DNA of 16,746 nucleotides, taken from Armatimonadota bacterium (lineage in GTDB: Bacteria > Armatimonadota > Armatimonadia > Armatimonadales > Armatimonadaceae). The stretch covers positions 1 to 16,746 of the forward strand of contig JAYUUO010000048.1 of assembly GCA_043754515.1 (NCBI GenBank), read 5' to 3'. The position numbers and the translations under genes were made by a program. Below are positions 8,095 through 14,911 of the stretch, one piece after another (position 1 is the stretch's first letter; each line of letters opens with the position of its first letter). The notes below the pieces were generated by a model. That model was given only the letters and a program-made list of their open reading frames with translations. It was not told the origin of the DNA and searched no databases.

Positions 8095-8858
8095 GAGGTG
8101 GCGAAGAGCGCGTCCGGGAGGCCCGAGTTTATCTTCAGATCCTCGACGGCTTGCGCGGCACCGAGTTTGCCTTCGGGGTTGTAGATCTCGATGCGGAACG
8201 GGACGAAAATGCCGGGGCGTACCTCGCGGACGTCTTTATAGCGCAACTCCATCTTCAGCACGTTGTCGCCGCTCCAGGACTGACGTCGCTCGATCACGTG
8301 CGTCTTCGGGTTCACCCAGAGCATCTCGTGGGACTTATTCGTGGAACGGCGTTGGTTCAGTTTAATTACCTGTAAGCCGTCCTCGGCGCGCACGAGATGC
8401 GGCTCGTAGTCAAGTTTTAGATAGTCGGACGCGTAGATGCCGAACTGCAACATACCCTGTTTCTGACCTGGCTGTCCCGCCACCGACGATGTCTCGGTCT
8501 TAAAAGGCACCTTGTAATAACGCGTGTCGCCGTTGAAGACGAGTAGCACCGTGGAGCCGAGTAGTTTCGACTCCATCCGCGTCTTGTTCGGGTGCTGGTA
8601 GGCGATGCTCATGCGCTTAAAATAATATGTCTTCTTGAAGTCGGAGCCGCATTTCTCCAGTTCCCGCCAGTTAGACTCCGTGACGCGCAGGGTCGCGGAC
8701 ATGTCCTTGATCTTGTCGGTGACGAGTTTGCGCGTCGGCACGTCGAGCGTTACGGCGGGTTCGGCTTCCTGCGCCTGCGCCGTAAAGGACGCGAGTGGTG
8801 CCGCGAGAAGCGATGCCGCCGCGAGGAGGGCGGTGACAGTGGTTTGTAGGTTTCTCAT
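8091..8858 (-). CDS. LolA-like outer-membrane lipoprotein-sorting/carrier protein
   Basis: Sec signal peptide ending in AQA. YQHPNKTRME, LVFNGDT, LWVNPKT and the C-terminal LKINSGLPDALF are typical of the LolA fold. Confidence 0.72.
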   Translation of the reverse strand: MRNLQTTVTALLAAASLLAAPLASFTAQAQEAEPAVTLDVPTRKLVTDKIKDMSATLRVTESNWRELEKCGSDFKKTYYFKRMSIAYQHPNKTRMESKLLGSTVLLVFNGDTRYYKVPFKTETSSVAGQPGQKQGMLQFGIYASDYLKLDYEPHLVRAEDGLQVIKLNQRRSTNKSHEMLWVNPKTHVIERRQSWSGDNVLKMELRYKDVREVRPGIFVPFRIEIYNPEGKLGAAQAVEDLKINSGLPDALFATS

Positions 8859-8894
8859 GGTAATCTTCTTTCCGTGGCGGTAGCGCGACTCGGG

Positions 8895-9254
8895 TCAGGC
8901 TTTCTTCGCCGCGGGTGCCGATTTACCGGCCACCGGTTTCTTCGGAACTGCCTTCTTCTTCGCGCTTGCGCCCTTCGCCTTCACGGGAACAATTTTCTTA
9001 ACGGTCGCGGCGGTCGCCGTTCCGGGCACGAAGCCGACGAGCGACAGATTATGCGCCTTGTACCAAAGCCCTGCGGCGTTACGCTTCCCGCCCCCCGACG
9101 CGTTGACGTGACAGTAGGAACACGGTTTCCCTTCCTTCTTCGCGTAGGCGGGGAAGGCGTGGGCGGTGTTGTCACCGAGAGCGGCGAGAACGGTCACCAC
9201 GGCAATGACAGTGGTCAGGCCGGGAGCAGGATTGAGCTTCATAATGGTTCGCAT
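8895..9254 (-). CDS. Small exported monoheme c-type cytochrome with a Lys/Ala-rich C-terminal tail
   Basis: Signal peptide ending in AHA. CSYCH heme motif at 9122-9108 within FPAYAKKEGKPCSYCH. The last 34 residues contain 12 Lys. Confidence 0.75.
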   Translation of the reverse strand: MRTIMKLNPAPGLTTVIAVVTVLAALGDNTAHAFPAYAKKEGKPCSYCHVNASGGGKRNAAGLWYKAHNLSLVGFVPGTATAATVKKIVPVKAKGASAKKKAVPKKPVAGKSAPAAKKA

Positions 9255-9259
9255 ATTAG

Positions 9260-9967
9260 TTACAATTCTAGAACGGCGGCGGTTCCCGGTGCCGTGACTG
9301 TTCCGCGCCTGACTTCTCGTGCCAGCCTTTCCAGATCATCCGGGGTGTCCATGTCGTACCACGGGGGGAGCAGACGGGTGCGGGTCGCGGCGGCGGCGGC
9401 ACGCTCCAGTGTCGCTTTGAGTACATCGGGGCTGCTCCATGGTATACCCACGAAGAGGGGCGGCAGGGGGCGGTTCATCCCCGCGAGGTAATAGCCCCCA
9501 TCGTCGGTCGGCCCGAACACGGCGTCCGTGCCGCCACCATCAAGCCGCGAGAACGCCTCTACGAGAAAGGCGACCGGCAGGTGCGGCGTGTCGCCCCCGA
9601 TCACACAGACCGTATTCGTGCCCTGCGCCGCGAATTGATCCGCGAAAAGGCGCGTCAGCCGCTCGCCGAGATCGCCCCCGCCCTGCGCGACAGCGGGGAA
9701 GGAGCGCAACGGCTCCGGCAGATCATTCGGGTCGCCGTCGAGCGCGACGACGACGCGGGCGGGGAGTGCCGGGTGCGTGAGCAGAGCGGCTGTGTCTTCT
9801 AAGAACGCCGCCGCAAGCCGCGCGGCATGGTCGTGGTCCCCAGGACATAGACGCGTTTTAACCCGGCCCGCGACCGGTGCCTTTGCGACCAGGAGGAGAA
9901 CGTTGCCCTCGCCCCCTGCTTTACCCATTCGCGACATAGACGGATGATTAGACGTGGCGCGAGGCAA
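9260..9967 (-). CDS. TIGR04282/DUF2064-family (CofC-like GT-A fold) transferase
   Basis: AKAPVAGRVKTRL, QGGGDLGERL, IGGDTPHLP, VFGPTDDGGYYL, IPWSS and WYDMDTPDDL motifs. The true start may be ATG 9937 or 9928. Confidence 0.88.
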   Translation of the reverse strand: MPRATSNHPSMSRMGKAGGEGNVLLLVAKAPVAGRVKTRLCPGDHDHAARLAAAFLEDTAALLTHPALPARVVVALDGDPNDLPEPLRSFPAVAQGGGDLGERLTRLFADQFAAQGTNTVCVIGGDTPHLPVAFLVEAFSRLDGGGTDAVFGPTDDGGYYLAGMNRPLPPLFVGIPWSSPDVLKATLERAAAAATRTRLLPPWYDMDTPDDLERLAREVRRGTVTAPGTAAVLEL

Positions 9968-9973
9968 CTAGTT

Positions 9974-10279
9974 TCAAATCGCGTGATCGCCGAATCGCGC
10001 CCCATGATCCGCCCGTCGCGGTACCGATCCGTCTTGCCGATCGAACAGGTAGGCGGCGCGCCGTTTCAGAAGGTAACAGAGCCAGCACACTGCCAGCAAT
10101 CCCCAGACTATATACGCGTGCGTGTGGTAGACGTACAAGCCCATGCCGGTCGCGACCAGAACACAAAAGCACAGAAACAACAGATTACGAAGAAACAATT
10201 TCGTCCTACCTCCGTCGGGTCTTCGGGAGTCACAGGCCGTCGTTAGCGTGCCCCGATAAGTTGGATAATTATTCCACAC
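9974..10279 (-). CDS. Small hypothetical membrane protein (2 TM helices)
   Basis: Two hydrophobic segments (LLFLCFCVLVATGMGLYVY; YIVWGLLAVCWLCYLL) followed by basic residues. Co-oriented with its neighbours. Start uncertain. Confidence 0.5.
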   Translation of the reverse strand: MWNNYPTYRGTLTTACDSRRPDGGRTKLFLRNLLFLCFCVLVATGMGLYVYHTHAYIVWGLLAVCWLCYLLKRRAAYLFDRQDGSVPRRADHGARFGDHAI

Positions 10280-10407
10280 AATCCCCCGAATTACCTATAT
10301 TTTAGGAACACGCGAAAAATAGTTGTTTCCCTCGGTCGCTAAGTCGGCATCGGTAAACCCGTAAGCAACCGTTTCTGACCGCTCCGCGCGCCCCGACGCC
10401 TGCGATT

Positions 10408-11385
10408 CTACCGGCGGGCGTTCAAGATCACCTTCGTGCCGTCGCGATCCAGCGCGAATGGTAGTTCCTGCAAGTCAGTTAGTGCCGCGCGTAGCGATGC
10501 GTGACGCTCCGGGGGGCAGGAAAGGAGCAGGAATCCGCCCCCGCCCGCGCCCGCGATCTTCCCGCCCGTCGCCCCGGCGTCCATGGCGCGGCGGTACAGA
10601 TCGTCAAGGGCGTCGTTCGTGATGCGCCCGGCGAGTTGCTGCTTGTGCCGCCAGCCCGCGTCCAGTATCTCCCCGAGGCGGCCCGTCTCGCCGCCTTCTA
10701 ACACCCCGCGTGCCTCCGCCGCTTGCGCCCGCATCCGGTCGAGAGTTTCCAGTCGTGCGTTAATGTTGTCCTTTTGCTCCGATAGGATCCCATCAGCCTT
10801 TCGCGTCACGCCGGTGTAAAACAGCAGGAGGCTTTCGCCGAACCGCCGCCTCCGGTCATCCTCCATCGGTACCGAAGTCACCGTCACCGAGTCGTCGGCG
10901 TGAAACTCGATGAAGCGCAATCCGCCGTACGCCGCGATGTACTGATCCTGCTTGCCAATGGGTTTGCCGAGGATGCCGACCTCGATTTCGCAGGCTTGAC
11001 GCGCGAGTGTTTCCGGCGTTACCAGCTCACCCTTGAAAGCGTACAGGGCGTGGAGCAGTCCGACCGTTACCGCCGACGACGAACCCAGCCCGCTCCCCTC
11101 GCTCGGGATGTCCGCCATGGTCGCGATCTCGATCCCGGAGACAACGCCGGTCATGCGGAGAGCCTCGCGAGCGAGTTCGTGCTCAATTTCGTTCACGGCG
11201 TCCACCATTTCGGTGCGCGAATAGCCGACGCGGATCTTTTTGTCGAACCGCTCCTTGACGATGACATAAATGTACTTGTCAATCGCGGACGACAGAACCG
11301 CGCCGCCGCTTTTCTCGTAGTAGCCTTTGAAGTCGGTGCCGCCCCCGGCAAGCGAGATACGGAGCGGCGTTTGCGTGATGATCAT
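10408..11385 (-). CDS. hddA: GHMP-family sugar kinase, D-glycero-alpha-D-manno-heptose-7-phosphate kinase (HddA)-like
   Basis: MIITQTPLRISLAGGGTD N-terminus, SGLGSSS ATP-binding loop, GKQDQY and GGKIAGAGGGGFLL. ATG 11385 overlaps the upstream TGA (ATGA). Confidence 0.85.
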   Translation of the reverse strand: MIITQTPLRISLAGGGTDFKGYYEKSGGAVLSSAIDKYIYVIVKERFDKKIRVGYSRTEMVDAVNEIEHELAREALRMTGVVSGIEIATMADIPSEGSGLGSSSAVTVGLLHALYAFKGELVTPETLARQACEIEVGILGKPIGKQDQYIAAYGGLRFIEFHADDSVTVTSVPMEDDRRRRFGESLLLFYTGVTRKADGILSEQKDNINARLETLDRMRAQAAEARGVLEGGETGRLGEILDAGWRHKQQLAGRITNDALDDLYRRAMDAGATGGKIAGAGGGGFLLLSCPPERHASLRAALTDLQELPFALDRDGTKVILNARR

Positions 11386-12428
11386 TGCGTGTTTCGTAGC
11401 AGGCTGCCAGGCGTGATTCGGGCATCGGCGGGCACCACCGCGCCAGGTTCCACGACTGCGTCGTCGGCGAGAACCGTTCCGGCACCGATCACCGCGCCCG
11501 CGCCGACCACGACGTTCCGCCCGAGAATCGTCCCCACGCCGATCACCGCGTCCATTTGTATCTGACAACCGTCCCAGAGAATGGCGTCGGTCAGATGCGC
11601 GCGTTCGCCGACGAAACAGTCGCCGCCGATGATGTTGCGCCCGTCCAGGATAGCCGACGACGAGAGCATCGTGTCCTCGCCGAGTGTCATGCCACAGATC
11701 GCGAGCGGCGGGTCGCCCGTTTCGCCGTCTAGCACATCCCAGTTCGCCTGGCGGTAGCTCTCCAGCGTGCCTGTGTCGCGCAGATAACCATCGAGCGGAC
11801 GCGCGGCGAGTCGGTGCCGCCCCGCCGAGAGTACCGCAGGGAACACGTCCTTCCCGAAGTCGCACGCCGTGTTCGCCGGGATGTAGTCGAAAACACCCGG
11901 CTCGCAGACGTACACGCCCGCGTTCGCCTGATCCGTAAACACCTCGCTTATCAACGGCTTTTCCTGGAAGCGGGTTACGATGCCGACGTCATCGGTGACT
12001 ACTAACCCGCACGCGGTCGGGTTCGGCGTCGTGAACGTCGCGAGGGTCGCCACCGCGCCGCTCGCCCGGTGCGCCGCGATCAACGGGGCGAAGTTCGCCC
12101 GGTACAGGTTGTCGCCATACAGCACCAGGAACGGCTCGTCGAGGAACGCTTCCATGTGCTTCACGCCGCCCGCTGTCCCCATCAGAGTTGTTTCGAGCGA
12201 GTAGTGGAGCCGAACGCCAAACGTGGAACCGTCGCCGAGTGCATCCCGGATGGCCTCCGGCTTGTGAAACAGGTTGACTGCGATCTCGGTGACGCCGTGC
12301 GATTTCAGGAGGCGGATGGTGCGGACCAGGAGCGGGACGTTCGCGATGGGCACCATCGGCTTGGGTAGGGCTAGCGTGAGCGGATGGAGGCGGGTGCCTT
12401 CCCCCGCCGCGAGAATCATGGCTTTCAT
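11382..12428 (-). CDS. NDP-sugar synthase (mannose/heptose-1-phosphate guanylyltransferase family) with C-terminal left-handed beta-helix
   Basis: MKAMILAAGEGTRLHPLTLALPKPMVPI, GTAGG, LYGDNL, FQEKP, NAGVY, DFGKDVFP and DTGT motifs. C-terminal hexapeptide repeats. ATGA overlap with aroB. Confidence 0.92.
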   Translation of the reverse strand: MKAMILAAGEGTRLHPLTLALPKPMVPIANVPLLVRTIRLLKSHGVTEIAVNLFHKPEAIRDALGDGSTFGVRLHYSLETTLMGTAGGVKHMEAFLDEPFLVLYGDNLYRANFAPLIAAHRASGAVATLATFTTPNPTACGLVVTDDVGIVTRFQEKPLISEVFTDQANAGVYVCEPGVFDYIPANTACDFGKDVFPAVLSAGRHRLAARPLDGYLRDTGTLESYRQANWDVLDGETGDPPLAICGMTLGEDTMLSSSAILDGRNIIGGDCFVGERAHLTDAILWDGCQIQMDAVIGVGTILGRNVVVGAGAVIGAGTVLADDAVVEPGAVVPADARITPGSLLRNTQ

Positions 12429-13552
12429 AGCCGAACCGTGCCGTACTTCGCCCGTTGCCGCGCCAGCCCCGCCTGTATTACCGGCTCCCCGACTGTTACC
12501 CCGGTCACCACGTCCCCGAGGGCGCGGGCGAGCACGAACTTCGCGACGCCGCCCTCGGATTTCTTATCCCGACCGAGGAGCGCGAGGAGGTCATCGTTGG
12601 ATACGTCTGTCGGGAGCGCGAGCGGCAGGTGCGCGTGCTCGCACGCGAGCCGGATGTGGTCGCGCAACCCGAGTGGCGTGACGCCCGCTATTTCGCCGAT
12701 ACAAGCCGCCGCGATCATGCCGATGGCGACCGCCTCGCCGTGTTTATACCGTTTGTACCCCGTCGCCGCCTCGACAGCGTGCCCGATGGTGTGCCCGAAG
12801 TTCAAAATCGCGCGTAGCCCGGTGATTTCGTATTCGTCCCGCGTCACGACATCAGCCTTAATCTCGCAGGAGCGGCGCACAAGGTAGGGGATAACCGAGT
12901 CGTCGTGTCCCATGGCATTGCTGCTGATGTGCCCGGTCTGACGGAGTATCAGGGGGTCGCTGATCACACCGTACTTGATCACCTCGCCGAGTCCCGCGGC
13001 CATCTCGCGCTTCGGGAGCGTCGTTAGCGTGTTCGTGTCCGCGACCACGGCGCGGGGCTGGTGGAACGCGCCGATCAGGTTCTTGCCCGCCCGGAAGTCT
13101 ATACCCGTCTTGCCGCCGACCGACGAGTCCACCATCGCGAGTAGCGTGGTCGGCACCTGAACGTAATCCAGGCCGCGCAGGTAGGACGCCGCGAGGTACC
13201 CCGCCACGTCGCCGACGACACCGCCGCCGAGCGCGACGATCAGCGTTTTACGGTCAATCGCCGGGCGCAGATCATAAAGCGCGTCGTACAATTTTTCCAG
13301 CGTGCGGCTGTTCTTGTGCCGCTCGCCCGCCGGGAACAGCACGACGTCCGGAACGTCGAAACCCGCCCGCGAGAGCGAATCGGCGACAACCCCCGCGTAA
13401 TGCTTCGCGATCGTCGGTTGCGAAACGATCACCGCTCGGTTAGACCGCGCGACGCCCTTGATCAGGTCGCCGACGTTCGCCAGCAACCCCGCCCCGATGT
13501 GTATGTCATACGCCCGCGCCCCTGAGAGGGGTACGTGAACTATCTCTGTCAA
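12425..13552 (-). CDS. aroB: 3-dehydroquinate synthase
   Basis: GERHK, [76 protein letters not shown] and DKK motifs. TTG start with a GGAAGG SD. Confidence 0.95.
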   Translation of the reverse strand: [375 protein letters not shown]

Positions 13553-13805
13553 TCGTCGCCTTCCAAAATTGTGCCCCGCTTGGAGCGTAGGGGCTACTAC
13601 CGCGACCAGGCTATAGGCGGTATGCGCCGCCTGAATCTCACGTGCGTTGTTAATGGCACACAGCCCCGCCGCGAACAGTATATCGCCTCCCGAACGGGCA
13701 CCGGCCTTTCTTGAATGATGTCTTCGGGGACGAGTCTGGGAAGCGGATCACGCGCGGCCTGACACGAAACCGAACTCCTTCGCGTGCGCGAGACCCCGGA
13801 GTGAT

Positions 13806-13847
13806 GCAGGATTCCCGCCTCTTTTGGGGAAGAATGTAGCGGCGCGG
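13806..13847 (+). repeat. 42-bp direct repeat, copy 1 (sigma-H-like promoter motif)
   Basis: GCAGGATTCCCGCCTCTTTTGGGGAAGAATGTAGCGGCGCGG, 39/42 identical to 14823-14864. Confidence 0.9.
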
Positions 13848-13889
13848 AACGAGCCCGGTGCGGTCACTTCGCGCCCGCCGCAACCACCC

Positions 13890-14150
13890 ATGAAACCACT
13901 CTTCGACGACACGCACCCCAGAATCGAGCAGATGCTGATCGAGGGCTACCGCCGCATGACGACCGCCCAGAAGCTCGAGCGTATTTGGGAGATGAACCGG
14001 TTCGTCTACCATATCGCGCTCGCCGAGGTGAAGAGCCGTTACCCCGACAGGACGGAACGCGAATGGCGGCTACGTGTCGCCTCGCGCTACCTGCCCGCCG
14101 ACCTGATGCGGAAGGCTTTCAACTGGGACCCAGATACGGAGGGGTACTAA
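13890..14150 (+). CDS. Putative antitoxin, Rv0078B/MenA1-like small helical protein
   Basis: DTHPRIEQMLIEGYRRMTTAQKLERIWEM...RYPDRTEREWRLRVA. The AQKL...M...P....E pattern resembles MenA1 as I recall it. It ends 4 nt before the nucleotidyltransferase gene. Confidence 0.65.
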   Translation: MKPLFDDTHPRIEQMLIEGYRRMTTAQKLERIWEMNRFVYHIALAEVKSRYPDRTEREWRLRVASRYLPADLMRKAFNWDPDTEGY

Positions 14151-14154
14151 AATA

Positions 14155-14745
14155 GTGGACGAGAACAGTATAGTTTTGCGAAAGGTGATCGCGGTGCTCG
14201 ATGAGTTGGATATCCCGTATTTCGTGGGTGGGTCGGTCGCGAGCGGCGCGTGGGGGATCCCGCGTTCAACACACGATGTGGATTTAGTCGTCCGTATGAC
14301 GCTGGCGACCGATATTGACGGCATCGTTTCGCGGCTCCAGGACGAATTCTATGTGGACGGCGAGTTGATACGCGATGCGATCACGCACCAAGGTTCGTTC
14401 AACCTTCTTTACCTTTTGACCATGATCAAGGCGGACGTTTTTATTGCTCCGACAACGCCTTGGCGGGAACAGGCGTGGGAACGTCGGCGGCTTCGTCCCG
14501 TGGGGGTGGAGGACGGCCCGGACGCGCCCCGTTTATACTTCGCGAGCGCGGAGGACATGGTTCTCCAAAAACTGCTCTGGTATCGAATGGCTGGCGAACA
14601 GTCCGAGCGACAGTGGGGGGATGTACAGGGAATACTACGGGTGCAATCCGCGCTGATTGACCTCGATTACCTGCGGCACTGGGCACCCGAGCCGGGGGTC
14701 GCCGACCTTCTGGAGCGTGCATTGAGTGACGTAGGCTTGACATGA
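14155..14745 (+). CDS. Putative nucleotidyltransferase toxin (AbiEii/DUF1814-superfamily, MenT1-like)
   Basis: VGGSVASGAWGIPRSTHDVDLVV (GG plus DxD polymerase-beta-type NTase motif), SAEDMVLQKL (conserved K) and RQWGDVQGIL. GGAGG SD before GTG 14155. Confidence 0.75.
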   Translation: MDENSIVLRKVIAVLDELDIPYFVGGSVASGAWGIPRSTHDVDLVVRMTLATDIDGIVSRLQDEFYVDGELIRDAITHQGSFNLLYLLTMIKADVFIAPTTPWREQAWERRRLRPVGVEDGPDAPRLYFASAEDMVLQKLLWYRMAGEQSERQWGDVQGILRVQSALIDLDYLRHWAPEPGVADLLERALSDVGLT

Positions 14746-14822
14746 GTGGGCGCGGAGGTATCCATCGTCCGCAGTGGGGTAGGTTCGTCCGTAGAAACGG
14801 CTACACGACTTCGGCCTACGCG

Positions 14823-14864
14823 GCAGGATTCTCGCCGCTTTTGGGGAAGAATGTAACGGCGCGG
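14823..14864 (+). repeat. 42-bp direct repeat, copy 2
   Basis: GCAGGATTCTCGCCGCTTTTGGGGAAGAATGTAACGGCGCGG, ending 47 bp upstream of the phosphohexomutase ATG. Confidence 0.9.
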
Positions 14865-14911
14865 GGTAGTATCGCGTCACTACTTAAAACGACGAGGCAG
14901 ACCCCCTTATT

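Noticed and set aside
10280..10407. Possible ncRNA or tRNA in the AT-rich gap after the kinase
   Set aside because: No cloverleaf or recognisable RNA motif is present, only a weak minus-strand TAAAAT with no -35.
11386..11865. 160-aa N-terminal extension of the GHMP kinase in the ORF track
   Set aside because: It is an Arg-rich alternative-frame read of the upstream nucleotidyltransferase. The family N-terminus and the ATGA overlap place the start at 11385.
12425..13552. AroB-like protein as a sedoheptulose-7-phosphate cyclase (EEVS/DDGS) of a cyclitol pathway with the kinase, nucleotidyltransferase and GT genes
   Set aside because: The active-site region [30 protein letters not shown] is canonical DHQ synthase and lacks the MLEEL-x-PNL-x-E / DFGH-x-x-SP signature of those cyclases.
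13824..13889. TTG start at 13824 for the antitoxin
   Set aside because: It lies inside the promoter-like repeat. ATG 13890 directly precedes the conserved-looking DT-x-P motif.
13806..14864. 42-bp repeats as a CRISPR array, integron attC sites or a DGR template/variable pair
   Set aside because: There are only two copies, 1 kb apart. They lack attC RYYYAAC/GTTRRRY dyad structure, the mismatches are not adenine-specific, and there is no cas, integrase or reverse transcriptase gene.
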